From: Deltaproteobacteria bacterium
GTDB lineage: Bacteria; UBA10199; JACPAL01
Direction of reading: 5' to 3'
Assembly: GCA_016180855.1 (NCBI GenBank)
Contig: JACPAL010000018.1
Span: 17,066-81,065 of the forward strand
Length of the DNA: 64,000 nt
The notes under the pieces are model-generated. The model was not told the DNA's origin, made no database searches, and worked only from the letters and a program-made list of their open reading frames with translations. This document shows positions 1-9,582 of this stretch, piece after piece. Each line of letters opens with the position of its first letter. Position 1 is the stretch's first letter. Position numbers and translations under genes: made by a program.

Positions 1-60
1 GTGTCGACTTTCCATGGTCGACGTGGGCAATAATGGAGAAATTGCGGATAAGCTCTAAGG

Positions 61-270
61 TCACATTGGAGACTTCCCATTAGTCCATGGGAATTGATCA
101 AGAAAACTGATCTGGCCGGGAAGGGTCTGATTGTTCTTTTCAAGAACCAGATCGATTCCCTGGCGAATATATTCCGCAATCGGAACCTTCGTCTTCACAT
201 GGAGAAGCTTGAGCTTCTCATTCTGTTCCGGAGTGATATAGATCGTCGTGGTTACTTTCTTACGCGGCAT
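61..270 (-). CDS. ribbon-helix-helix (CopG/antitoxin-like) DNA-binding protein, 69 aa
   Basis: ATG at 270-268 follows directly after the SPOR gene stop (TAA 275-273). The N-terminus KKVTTTIYITPEQNEKLKLL is a typical RHH strand-helix signature. Another minus-strand ORF starts near 17 and runs off the window. Confidence 0.5.
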   Translation of the reverse strand: MPRKKVTTTIYITPEQNEKLKLLHVKTKVPIAEYIRQGIDLVLEKNNQTLPGQISFLDQFPWTNGKSPM

Positions 271-272
271 CT

Positions 273-965
273 TTAAATCCTCGAGGAGACAATCAGCGCA
301 TCCGTCTTTTCCTTGCCTTTGAATTTCTGGAGGAAACCCTGTGCCTCCTCCTTGGTCACAAAACGTCCAATACGAACGCGGTACCAGGTCCCCTTTTTGG
401 GGACCTCCGCGACCATCATAAAGCTCGAATATCCCTTTCCTTTCCATTGGGCAACCGCCTTCATCGCCTCATCGGCAGCACGGTAGGATCCAACCTGGAT
501 CGAAAACTGCCCAACCTCCTCCTGTTTGGCCGGTTCAATCACCCTGGGCCTCTCCGGAGTCGGCATGACAATCGGCTCAACCTTTTCCGGTTTTTCCGGG
601 GCCGGGACGATAATCGGCACAGTCCTCTCATCCGTCATTTCACGAATCTTGTTTTCATACTCCTGAGCCGTCATTCCTGACGGCTTGACCCGAACCGCCC
701 CCCTTTCCTTTTTGGCATCATCAAGGAGCTCCCGGGGGAAGGTATAATCAACCTTCTTTTCGCTATTTTCTCCGGAGGCAGATAACTGTTTTTCCTGGGA
801 GGTCTTGGCAATTTCCCGATTTCCTCCAATGAGGTCGGGACCGTAGCGAGCCCCAAGGTAGAAAACGAAGAAGAGGGTGACCAGTTCAATCAGGATGAGC
901 GTTACAAACTGCCCAAACGTAAATTTGCAAAAATAATCCTCGAGGTCTTTGGAAAACTCAGTCAT
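273..965 (-). CDS. SPOR-domain (septal peptidoglycan-binding) protein with N-terminal TM helix
   Basis: C-terminal FSIQVGSYR...GTWYRVRIGRF...EEAQGFLQKF matches the SPOR fold. It has an N-terminal hydrophobic anchor and lies downstream of argS, as dedD/ftsN-like genes often do. Confidence 0.7.
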   Translation of the reverse strand: MTEFSKDLEDYFCKFTFGQFVTLILIELVTLFFVFYLGARYGPDLIGGNREIAKTSQEKQLSASGENSEKKVDYTFPRELLDDAKKERGAVRVKPSGMTAQEYENKIREMTDERTVPIIVPAPEKPEKVEPIVMPTPERPRVIEPAKQEEVGQFSIQVGSYRAADEAMKAVAQWKGKGYSSFMMVAEVPKKGTWYRVRIGRFVTKEEAQGFLQKFKGKEKTDALIVSSRI

Positions 966-2616
966 GTCTCATCTCGGAGGGAGCTGAAACTCCCATTAAT
1001 TTCAAGCCGTTCGCGATGGTTCGCTTGAGAATGCGGCATAAATACAGTTTCACGCGTGTGGTGTCAATATCGCTTCCGACAACCTGATACCGGAAGTCGA
1101 GCTTCGCTTTGGCGTAATAGGCCTGAAAGGCCTGGGACAGTTCCAGAAGATAGAAAGGAATTCGATGGGGTTCCAGAAGAGAGGCGGCACGAGAGACTTC
1201 GTCTGGAAATTTGTGGAGAAGTCGTATCAGTTCTATCTCTTCCGGAAGATCAAGGTGGGAGAGATCAAGATCTGCGGGAATCTTCCCGATCCCCTTCTCC
1301 TCTGCCTTTCGGAAGAGACTGGCAAGCCGGGCATGGGCATACTGAACATAATAAACGGGATTTTCCTGGCTCTCTTTTTTGGCGAGATCAAGATCGAAGT
1401 CTAGATGGGATTCGGCAGCCCTCATGAGAAGGAAAAATCGGAAGGCGTCTCTGCCAACTTCTTCCAAGACCTCTTCCGCCGTCACAAAAGTACCGCCCCT
1501 CTTGGACATCTTCACCGCCTCGTTCCCTCGCTTGATTCGAACATACTGATAAAGAACGACCTCAATCTTCGTCGCATCATACCCCAGACTCTGTAAGGCC
1601 GCCTTGATGCGTGGCACATGACCATGATGATTAGAGCCCCAAATGTCGATGATTCGGTCGTAACCACGCCCATACTTGCCAGTATGGTAGGCAATATCAT
1701 TGGCAAAATAGGTAGGCCGCCCATCCGAACGGACCAGAACGCACTCACGATCCTCAAGAAATTCGTCCTGCGTCGCAAGCCACAACGCCCCCTCCTTCTC
1801 AACAGTGACCCCTTTTTTCTTGAGATCCTGAAGAATGTTCCCCGTTTTCTCTGAAAGAACCTCCTTTTCATGAACCCAGGAATCAAACTCGATCCCCATC
1901 CCGTCACAGGTCCGTCGGATCTCTTGCAAAAGAAGCTCTATCCCGAGTTTCCCCAAAAGGCCGGCTGCCTCCGTCTCTTTTTTCTCCTGAATTAACCGAT
2001 CGACGGCAGTGCCAATACTTTTTTTTGCCTCATGAGCCAGTTGATCAACATGAACTCCCTGGTATTGCTGTTCACCCAAGGAGACTCCCCACCCGGCCGT
2101 TAAAATGCTGGCGCCGAGCTTGTCAATCTGCCCTCCCACATCGTTGACATAGTATTCGCGAGTCACCTGATAGCCGGTCGCTTCGAACAGTGAGGCAATC
2201 GCATCCCCTAGCGGCCCTCCACGAGCGTTCCCAATATGAACCGGCCCTGTCGGGTTCGCACTCACAAATTCGACAAGAACCTTTTGTCCCTTCCCCACCT
2301 CCGAACAGCCAAACGAATCCCCTCGAGACTCGATCTCTTTTAGTGAATCCCGCCAGGCGTTCTTGAAAAAGGTGAAGTTGATAAATCCGGGGCCGGCCAC
2401 CTCAACCTTTTCGAGAAGATTCCATCCTTTCGCACGAATCATGGCAACAAGTTCGTCCGCAACCGCCTTGGGATTCTTCTTTTCCTGTTTTCCTAAAAGA
2501 AGGGCGAGGTTAGTGGACAGTTCGCCATGCTCTTTGACTTTCGGACTCTCAATCTCAAAAGGGAGCGATGTTTTTGGAAAAACATCTTGAAGAAACCGGC
2601 GAAGCTTCTCTCTCAT
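958..2616 (-). CDS. argS: arginine--tRNA ligase
   Basis: Class I HIGH-like PTGPVHIGNARGG and KMSK (KMSKRGG) motifs; 552 aa. Confidence 0.92.
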   Translation of the reverse strand: MREKLRRFLQDVFPKTSLPFEIESPKVKEHGELSTNLALLLGKQEKKNPKAVADELVAMIRAKGWNLLEKVEVAGPGFINFTFFKNAWRDSLKEIESRGDSFGCSEVGKGQKVLVEFVSANPTGPVHIGNARGGPLGDAIASLFEATGYQVTREYYVNDVGGQIDKLGASILTAGWGVSLGEQQYQGVHVDQLAHEAKKSIGTAVDRLIQEKKETEAAGLLGKLGIELLLQEIRRTCDGMGIEFDSWVHEKEVLSEKTGNILQDLKKKGVTVEKEGALWLATQDEFLEDRECVLVRSDGRPTYFANDIAYHTGKYGRGYDRIIDIWGSNHHGHVPRIKAALQSLGYDATKIEVVLYQYVRIKRGNEAVKMSKRGGTFVTAEEVLEEVGRDAFRFFLLMRAAESHLDFDLDLAKKESQENPVYYVQYAHARLASLFRKAEEKGIGKIPADLDLSHLDLPEEIELIRLLHKFPDEVSRAASLLEPHRIPFYLLELSQAFQAYYAKAKLDFRYQVVGSDIDTTRVKLYLCRILKRTIANGLKLMGVSAPSEMRHD

Positions 2617-3986
2617 TATTTTACCCGCTTGAACGACCCAAACGGCTTGAGTCTTTTCTTAACCGACGGATCCGTAATAACAAAGGTCTTCCTTTCACCG
2701 GAATGAAGATACTTTCGGATGACCCGTTCAAGATCCTCACGGGTGAGAACGCTTATTTTGTGCTGAAACTCTTCGAGGTAGTTCTCCGGATATCCCAGAA
2801 GATCAAGTCGGGCGAGATCCTTGACGAGCTGAAACGACGTTTCATAACTGAAAAAGAAGGAACGAAGAATCGAGCTCTTGGCACGATCCAGCTCCTCTTC
2901 GGTAATCTCCGGCCTTTGTACAAATTGTGTCAGCATCTCATCAAGTAATTGCAATACCTCACCTGTCTGTTCTGCTGCCGTCTGTGTCGCAACGTAGAAC
3001 ATTCCAGGCTCCTTCTCAAAGGTCCATTCGGACCAGATGCCATACGCCTTCCCCTCCTTGACACGAACTCTGTCCCCTAAGCGCGAACTGAGACTCCCAC
3101 TTCCCCCAAGGATATAATTCATGACCATCAGGGCAAAACGATCGGGATCGCTTCGATCCGTTCCCAGATGACCGGTGAGAATTGTCGATTGGGTCAGTCC
3201 TTTTTGAACCAGAAGCCAATTTTCCTTTTTAAACTTTTTTTCAACCGGTGGACAGGAAGGAAGCGGAGAAGAAACGGGCTTCCAGCCTGCCGTTTGCATT
3301 TTTAAAATTCGGGTCAATTCCAACTTCGAAAAATCGCCGCTGGCCGCTACAATCATTCTGTCAGGACCTATCAACTCACGATGAGTGCGGATCAGATCGT
3401 CACGGCGAATCTTTTTAAGAGACCGAACCGTTGGGCGCCGTCCGAACGGATTTTTGGACCCGTAGATTATTTTCGGAAAACGGCGAAAGGCCATCCCCAT
3501 GGGCTTTTCCGCCTCCCGAGACAACGCCTCAATTTTTCTCTTTCGGACGGTTTCCACTTCCTGGGATTCGAAGGCAGGTTCCCTTAACAATTCAAAAAGG
3601 ATGGCCAATCCGTTCTCCAAGTCCTTGCTCAGGAGCTTAAGGGAGATCTGGGCAAACTCCTTTTCAGTCCCCATCTCGAGACTTGCCCCCATGAATTCGA
3701 GCCGCTCCTCTATCTCTTTGGACCTGTTTTTAAGACTACCACTGGCCCGAAGCGCCCCATAAGTCAGTGAGACCAGCCCTTCCTTTCCAGCGGGATCTCC
3801 CAAACTCCCTCCCCTCACATAAATCTGGATCTCAGCGGTCGGCAGCGTCGCATCGGTCATGATAAACAACTTCATCCCGGAAGGAAGGGTCTCTCTTTCG
3901 GGTTTCGGAGGGACGAAGAAAGGAGTTTCAGCAGAGAGATTGGCGGAAAAAAGAAAAAGAAGAATGAGGGAAAGTTGTTTTATCAT
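2616..3986 (-). CDS. M16 family peptidase, probable non-catalytic subunit (no HxxEH), secreted
   Basis: Signal peptide and insulinase-like domain architecture. Start/stop-overlapped with the upstream HxxEH M16 gene. Confidence 0.75.
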   Translation of the reverse strand: MIKQLSLILLFLFSANLSAETPFFVPPKPERETLPSGMKLFIMTDATLPTAEIQIYVRGGSLGDPAGKEGLVSLTYGALRASGSLKNRSKEIEERLEFMGASLEMGTEKEFAQISLKLLSKDLENGLAILFELLREPAFESQEVETVRKRKIEALSREAEKPMGMAFRRFPKIIYGSKNPFGRRPTVRSLKKIRRDDLIRTHRELIGPDRMIVAASGDFSKLELTRILKMQTAGWKPVSSPLPSCPPVEKKFKKENWLLVQKGLTQSTILTGHLGTDRSDPDRFALMVMNYILGGSGSLSSRLGDRVRVKEGKAYGIWSEWTFEKEPGMFYVATQTAAEQTGEVLQLLDEMLTQFVQRPEITEEELDRAKSSILRSFFFSYETSFQLVKDLARLDLLGYPENYLEEFQHKISVLTREDLERVIRKYLHSGERKTFVITDPSVKKRLKPFGSFKRVK

Positions 3987-5296
3987 CTCATGATCCCCAC
4001 AATGCGTGGCGGGCTACAAAGATATTTTTGACTCACACGAACAATTTCCTCACGAGTGATCCCCTGAATAACATCCGTGTAGGTTTTGAGATATTGCCAG
4101 TCACCAGCGGCAATCTCAAAAAAAGAGAGCCGCCAGGCAAGATCCTCATTGGTCTTCAGACCCCAGACCATTTCGACAAGCAGCCGGTTAATCGCCCGCT
4201 GGACCTCCTGCTCTGTCGGCCCCGTCGCACAAAAATTTTTCATCGCTTCATCAAAGAGTTGCAACGCCTTTTCGGGAGAGGTTCCCGTCAGCGGCTCAAT
4301 CTCCACAAAGAAAAGATTCGGCCCACGATTCCCCGGAAACTGGGTTGATGCCTCTACCTCAGAGGCCACTTTCTCATCCAAGATCAGGGATCGATAAAGG
4401 CGTGATCCCCTCCCCTCTCCCAAGATCTGATGGATCAGATCAAACACATAATCATCACGATCGGGCAGTGGGGGCTTCAAGTAACCGATCTGTATCCGCG
4501 ATCCGTTCCCTCCCTCCACTTCAAAAGAGAGACCCTTTTCAAAGGCATGCTTTTTAAACACGGTCTCTTTCTGCAATGGCCTTGATGGAATCTTGCCGAA
4601 GGTCTCTTGAAGGATCTTTTTTGCCTCTTCAAGGGAGAACTTTCCAACGATGACACCCACCGCGTTGGCAGGATGATAGTGACTCTCCCAAAAGGAGCGA
4701 AGATCGTCCAGAGTAATCCTCTTTAAATCCTCGGGATAACCAAGGACAGGCCACTCAAACGGGGTATCGGCAAATGCCTTTTCGACAAATTCCTCCGCCA
4801 GTCTCCCATGAGGATTGTTATCAACCCTCATCCGGCGTTCCTCCAGGATGACATTCCTCTCTCGATCAAAATCACGAAAGACCGGATGAAATATTCTTTG
4901 CGATTCGATCTCCGCCCAAAACCGAAGTTTGTCCGACGGGAAACTGACCATGTAGCTGGTCATGTCCCGAGAGGTGGTTGCATTGAATTCCTTTCCCCCC
5001 TCTCTTTCAATCAACTGGACAAGCCCCTTCTCATCCAAACTCTCGGTTCCCTTAAACGCCATATGCTCCACGAAATGGGCAAGACCTGTCTTTCCTTTCT
5101 CCTCATCCATTCCACCGACACGAAAGCGGATATAGGAGGTGAAAATCGGAGCCTCCCCCCTTGGCAGAAGCAAAAATTTCATTCCATTCCGAAGTTCGAA
5201 TTCAACCACCCGATCGAGATCGGTGGCAGAAAATGAAGAAAGGCTGATGAGACAAAAAATGGCAATGAAAACAGACCGGATCTGCATGAGAATCAA
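3983..5296 (-). CDS. M16 family zinc peptidase (pitrilysin-like), secreted
   Basis: Inverted zinc motif HFVEH (HxxEH) near the N-terminus, followed by a downstream Glu. Signal peptide present. Confidence 0.85.
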   Translation of the reverse strand: MILMQIRSVFIAIFCLISLSSFSATDLDRVVEFELRNGMKFLLLPRGEAPIFTSYIRFRVGGMDEEKGKTGLAHFVEHMAFKGTESLDEKGLVQLIEREGGKEFNATTSRDMTSYMVSFPSDKLRFWAEIESQRIFHPVFRDFDRERNVILEERRMRVDNNPHGRLAEEFVEKAFADTPFEWPVLGYPEDLKRITLDDLRSFWESHYHPANAVGVIVGKFSLEEAKKILQETFGKIPSRPLQKETVFKKHAFEKGLSFEVEGGNGSRIQIGYLKPPLPDRDDYVFDLIHQILGEGRGSRLYRSLILDEKVASEVEASTQFPGNRGPNLFFVEIEPLTGTSPEKALQLFDEAMKNFCATGPTEQEVQRAINRLLVEMVWGLKTNEDLAWRLSFFEIAAGDWQYLKTYTDVIQGITREEIVRVSQKYLCSPPRIVGIMR

Positions 5297-5377
5297 TATC
5301 TTTAATGATTTGTTTCTGATTCTTCAAGGAAAGACAGGGACCTATTTTATATTAAATTATATATAATTATAATTCTC

Positions 5378-5404
5378 TTGACATATTTTATTCATTTTAT
5401 AGCC
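5378..5404 (+). promoter_or_regulatory. candidate sigma70-type promoter in AT-rich region upstream of the small ORF and shc
   Basis: TTGACA at 5378-5383 followed by a TATAGC / TAGCCT -10-like hexamer with 14-16 nt spacing. Imperfect spacing. Confidence 0.25.
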
Positions 5405-5482
5405 TAATTTTACCTAGTCATAGCGATCCAAGGCTATTTCGAAGGTCTTAAGACTCCCTTTCGGGGGAAAAGGAGGCTTCAA

Positions 5483-5680
5483 GTGACCCAAAAAGAGCGC
5501 TGGCTTCGTGACCTCTGTATTGAGATTGCCATCGGCAACATCGGCGGTGATCGCTTTAACGATCTCCTCATGAAGACAGGCATTCTTTTGGACGAACGTG
5601 AGTGGGATACTGCCAACAAAATCCTGGGTCAGTCTGAGATTCTCATGAATCTCGTTGATACACCTCCTCCCCCCTGCTAA
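5483..5680 (+). CDS. hypothetical small protein (65 aa) upstream of shc
   Basis: GTG start preceded by AAGGAGG at 5469-5475 with 7-nt spacing. No recognisable domain. Confidence 0.35.
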   Translation: MTQKERWLRDLCIEIAIGNIGGDRFNDLLMKTGILLDEREWDTANKILGQSEILMNLVDTPPPPC

Positions 5681-5692
5681 AAGCACCATCCG

Positions 5693-7684
5693 GTGAAAAC
5701 GAGTCCCGCTAAAAATCAGGAACCCTTTTCCTTTGAAGAAGCGGTTTTTAAGGCGAGGGAGGCACTGCTTTCGGATCAATCCCCTAAAGGATACTGGTGG
5801 TACACCCTTGAGGCGAATGAGACGATTGGGGCCGGCTTCATCCAGCTGATGCATTTTTTAGGTGATGTCGATGCCGAGGTCGAAAAGGGTCTCGCCAGAA
5901 GAATTCTATCGGAACAGCGGCAAGACGGCTCTTGGGCCATTTTTTACGGAGGGCCAGCGGATCTTTCGACATCGATTGAATGCTATTTTGCCCTCCGTCT
6001 TGCCGGCCATTCTCCGGATGAGCCGGCGCTGGAACGTACAAGACTGTTTATTCTCTCTCACGGTGGGCTTGAGAGGGTTCGGGTTTTCACCAAAATTCAT
6101 CTGGCGCTTTTTGGGTTGATTACATGGGCGAAGTGCCCCTCAATGCCGCTCTGGTTTATCCACCTGCCCCACTGGCTTGGAATTTCAATCTATGAATTCT
6201 CCAGTTGGGCAAGGGCATCGATTGTACCACTGTTAATTATCCTGGATCGAAAACCAGTCAGGCCTCTTTCTTTTGATCTGAAGGAGCTTAAAGTATCCCC
6301 TCCCTTACTCTCTCCCCTTAAAATAAGGGGAGGGATGGGGAGGGGATATCAGTTTCCATGGAGGAACTTTTTCCTTCTTTTAGACAAAATCTTCAAAGCT
6401 ACGGAAAAACTTCCTTTTCATCCCGGTAAACAACATTTTCTAAAGAAATGTGAGGAATGGATCAGACGTCATATCGAAAGGACGGAAGATATCTACCCCG
6501 CAATGGCCTATGCCGCCTTGGCCATGAAGGCGCTTGGGTATCCCAATAGTGATCCAACAATCCAGAAGGCGTTAGCAGGCCTTAGACGATTTCAACAAAG
6601 TCACCGGGGCACTGACTTACCGATGGTAAGTGATAAGTCGGTAGGGGGCGGAGCCCCCTCCGAGTATCTTATCCATCAACAGTGTTGCATCTCCCCCCTA
6701 TGGGATACCCCCTGGGCCTGTCATGCCCTCTTGGAATCGGGCCTTCCGGCCGACGACCCCCATCTGAAAAGGGCCGCAAAATTTCTCATTTCAAAACAGA
6801 TTGTGGACTTTCATGGCGACTGGTCCCTCAAAAACAGCAGCGCCAAACCAGGTGGTTGGGCGTTTGAGTTTCAAAATGACTATTTTCCCGATGTCGACGA
6901 CACGATTGAAATCCTCCGCTTCATGAAAAGGGTCGATCTGCCGGTATCAGAGAAGAAGGGGACAATCGATCGGGGGCTTGAATGGCTCCTCTCCATGCAA
7001 TCAAAAAACGGTGGTTGGGCCGCATTTGACAAGAACAATCTTTCTACCTGGGTCAACAAGATTCCATTCTCCGATCACGGGGCCTGCCTCGACCCGCCAA
7101 CCCCGGATATCACGGGTCGAATGATTGAATTGTTGGTCTTGTTTAATTATTCAAAGGAGGATCCAGTCATCCAAAACAGCTTGAATTTTTTGTTTAAAAC
7201 CCAGGAACCGAATGGATCCTGGAGGGGGCGATGGGGGGTCAATTACCTTTACGGAACCTGGTGTGTCGTTCAGGGACTCGCCATGATCCACGATGAAAAA
7301 ACAGGGCTCGCGATTGGCCGCGCGATACGCTGGCTCCAGTCGGTCCAGAACCCGGATGGCGGTTGGGGAGAATCCTGCCTTTCAGACAAGGAAAATCGGT
7401 ATCTCCCCTTAGAGGTTTCAGTTCCTTCTCAAACCGCCTGGGCCGTCATGACCCTGATCGCCGCCGGCAAAAGAAGTTCCGAGTCGTGTCGCCGCGGAAT
7501 TGATTTTCTTATTGCCTCACAAACAGCCGACGGCCGATGGGAGGAAAGACACTTTACAGGAACGGGATTCCCGGGACATTTCTACATCCGCTATCACGGC
7601 TACCGACAGTATTTTCCGCTGCTCGCGTTGGGGAAATATCGAACGGACAAAAGAGAGCTGAAAACTATCGCTTGTCCGGCTTGA
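5693..7684 (+). CDS. shc: squalene-hopene cyclase
   Basis: DVDDT (DxDDTA) catalytic motif, repeated QW motifs (GGW/GSW) and CxSPLWDT. 663 aa. Confidence 0.9.
   Translation: MKTSPAKNQEPFSFEEAVFKAREALLSDQSPKGYWWYTLEANETIGAGFIQLMHFLGDVDAEVEKGLARRILSEQRQDGSWAIFYGGPADLSTSIECYFALRLAGHSPDEPALERTRLFILSHGGLERVRVFTKIHLALFGLITWAKCPSMPLWFIHLPHWLGISIYEFSSWARASIVPLLIILDRKPVRPLSFDLKELKVSPPLLSPLKIRGGMGRGYQFPWRNFFLLLDKIFKATEKLPFHPGKQHFLKKCEEWIRRHIERTEDIYPAMAYAALAMKALGYPNSDPTIQKALAGLRRFQQSHRGTDLPMVSDKSVGGGAPSEYLIHQQCCISPLWDTPWACHALLESGLPADDPHLKRAAKFLISKQIVDFHGDWSLKNSSAKPGGWAFEFQNDYFPDVDDTIEILRFMKRVDLPVSEKKGTIDRGLEWLLSMQSKNGGWAAFDKNNLSTWVNKIPFSDHGACLDPPTPDITGRMIELLVLFNYSKEDPVIQNSLNFLFKTQEPNGSWRGRWGVNYLYGTWCVVQGLAMIHDEKTGLAIGRAIRWLQSVQNPDGGWGESCLSDKENRYLPLEVSVPSQTAWAVMTLIAAGKRSSESCRRGIDFLIASQTADGRWEERHFTGTGFPGHFYIRYHGYRQYFPLLALGKYRTDKRELKTIACPA
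6294..6348. repeat. GC-palindromic element (TTAA-centred subtype) inserted in-frame in shc
   Basis: atcccctcccttactctctccccttaaaataaggggagggatggggaggggat. Encodes VSPPLLSPLKIRGGMGRG. Confidence 0.65.
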
Positions 7685-7901
7685 TTCGGATCTCAATGGT
7701 TAAACCCTGCAGCGCCTTCCGAATCTCTTTATGGAGATCGACCCGTCGTAAGAAGTTTGAGAATTCTCGGGCAATCCGATTGGCAATCTCCTGCTTTCTC
7801 TGCTGAGCCTGCTTTGAAATGTATCCCTTGATCCCCTCTTCGGTGATCAGGGCGGCCCCTAACCCTGTACGAAGTATCTTTTCAAGCGCACCCATTCTCA
7901 A
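7665..7901 (-). CDS. hypothetical small helical protein (78 aa)
   Basis: ORF in operon position after the SRPBCC gene. Its 3' end overlaps the shc stop by 20 nt. No recognised family. Confidence 0.35.
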   Translation of the reverse strand: MRMGALEKILRTGLGAALITEEGIKGYISKQAQQRKQEIANRIAREFSNFLRRVDLHKEIRKALQGLTIEIRIKPDKR

Positions 7902-8310
7902 TTCTTTCCTTGAAACGTCTGAGCATGCCGGGAAGATTGGAGCCGATGAGTTTAGAGGTAATCATCGAAGGGACAAAAATGCCAAAATCGATATCGACGG
8001 AATAGGTCGCCTCTGTCTTGCCATTCTTCTCCTTGAGAGACCACCCTCCATCATTCTTTTTAAAAAAATCCCCTTTGAGCAAACTCCAGGCCACTTTCTT
8101 CCCAGGGGTGCCGCTAACTTTAAGCGAATAATTAATCTTCTTTATAACCTGGATCTCAAACTCCACCTCAAGTGAGTTCCCTTTCTTAGAAAGGAGGGAG
8201 GCCTCTTTCACGTCCGGCAGAAAATCGGGGTATTTCTCAAAATCCATGATAATGTCGTAAACGGTCTTGGCAGGGGCCTCGATGAAGATTGTTTCAGACG
8301 CTTGCGTCAT
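7882..8310 (-). CDS. SRPBCC (polyketide cyclase/START-like) family protein
   Basis: About 140 aa with the typical N-terminal IEAPAKTVYDII...FEKYPDFLP pattern of this family. Confidence 0.6.
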   Translation of the reverse strand: MTQASETIFIEAPAKTVYDIIMDFEKYPDFLPDVKEASLLSKKGNSLEVEFEIQVIKKINYSLKVSGTPGKKVAWSLLKGDFFKKNDGGWSLKEKNGKTEATYSVDIDFGIFVPSMITSKLIGSNLPGMLRRFKERIENGCA

Positions 8311-9263
8311 TAGAATACCGGCTTGATATCAAAATGATGTTCCGTTTCAATGTAACGAACGGTCCCTGTCTTTGATCGCATGACGATGGAATGCGTCTTG
8401 GCGCCACCTGCACGGAATCGCACCCCTTTTAAGAAGTCACCTGTCGTTACTCCCGTCGCAGCAAACATGACATTGTCTCCGGCCAGTTCATCAATCGTAT
8501 AAACCTTGTTAAAGTCGGAAATCCCCATCTTTCTGGCCCTCTCCATTTCGCTATCATTTCGGAATTTGAGTATCGCCTGGATCTCTCCGCCAACACATTT
8601 TAAGGCAGCGGCTGAAATAACCCCCTCAGGAGCCCCACCGGTCCCCATGAGGACATCAATACCACTTTGACGCCAGCAAGTTGCCAGCGCCGCCGAGACA
8701 TCACCATCAGGGATCAGACGGATCCGTGCCCCCGCCTCTCTCACCCTGCGAATCAGCTCCTCATGACGTGGCCGCTCCAGAATAATAACGGTCAGATCGC
8801 TCACCATGCATTTTTTCTTCTTGGCAATCTCCTTAAGATTCCACTCCGGCGATTGTGTAATGTCGATAACTCCCTTCGCCTCAGGCCCAACGGCCAGTTT
8901 TTCCATGTAGGTATCGGGGGCATGGAGAAAATCACCATGGGACGCCAGGGCAATGACGGAGAGGGCATTGGGTCCTCCCTTGGCGGTCAGGGTGGTTCCC
9001 TCAAGCGGATCAAGGGCAATATCAACATGGGGACCGTTTCCTATCCCGACCTTTTCACCGATGTAGAGCATCGGGGCCTCATCCCGTTCCCCCTCTCCAA
9101 TAACAACCGTTCCCTGAAAGGCAATCGAGTTGAGAGCCCGTCGCATCGCATCGACAGCCGCCTGGTCCGCAGCGTCGTTATCGCCCCTTCCCATAAGACG
9201 CGCCGCCGAGAGGGCGGCCGCTTCCGTTGCCCGAACCACTTCCAATGCAAGATTTCTGTCCAT
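8310..9263 (-). CDS. glpX: class II fructose-1,6-bisphosphatase
   Basis: Full-length similarity to GlpX, including LEVVRATEAAAL...GRGDNDAAD. Confidence 0.85.
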   Translation of the reverse strand: MDRNLALEVVRATEAAALSAARLMGRGDNDAADQAAVDAMRRALNSIAFQGTVVIGEGERDEAPMLYIGEKVGIGNGPHVDIALDPLEGTTLTAKGGPNALSVIALASHGDFLHAPDTYMEKLAVGPEAKGVIDITQSPEWNLKEIAKKKKCMVSDLTVIILERPRHEELIRRVREAGARIRLIPDGDVSAALATCWRQSGIDVLMGTGGAPEGVISAAALKCVGGEIQAILKFRNDSEMERARKMGISDFNKVYTIDELAGDNVMFAATGVTTGDFLKGVRFRAGGAKTHSIVMRSKTGTVRYIETEHHFDIKPVF

Positions 9264-9276
9264 AAATCCTCGCTTG

Positions 9277-9564
9277 CTATTTAGCAGGATGATTAACCTT
9301 CTCTTTTAATTCCTTACCCGCCTTGAAAAAAGGAACCCGCCTCTCCCCTAAAGTGACTTTCGTCCCGAGCTTCGGGTTGCGGCCGAGACGGGGAGGTCGG
9401 ACCCTCACCTCAAAGGTGCCGAATCCCCTCAACTCTACACGATTCCCTTTCCGCAGGGCGCCCGTCATCAGGTCAAAAAATTCGTTCACCACCTTTTCCA
9501 TCTCTTTATAGGATATATTTGGAACCTTTTCCGTCAGACATTGCACCAGATCACTCTTCGTCAT
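9277..9564 (-). CDS. ihfB: integration host factor subunit (HU family), likely beta
   Basis: GFGTFEVRVRPPRLGRNPKLG...VPFFKAGKEL arm motif. Lies downstream of rpsA as in E. coli rpsA-ihfB. Confidence 0.75.
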   Translation of the reverse strand: MTKSDLVQCLTEKVPNISYKEMEKVVNEFFDLMTGALRKGNRVELRGFGTFEVRVRPPRLGRNPKLGTKVTLGERRVPFFKAGKELKEKVNHPAK

Positions 9565-9582
9565 TTCACGCCTCCTTGCCTT

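Noticed and set aside
5414-5854. 146-aa minus-strand ORF spanning the shc start region
   Set aside because: Overlaps both the RBS-supported small ORF and the first 160 nt of shc on the opposite strand. No domain. Arginine-rich composition typical of an antisense artefact.
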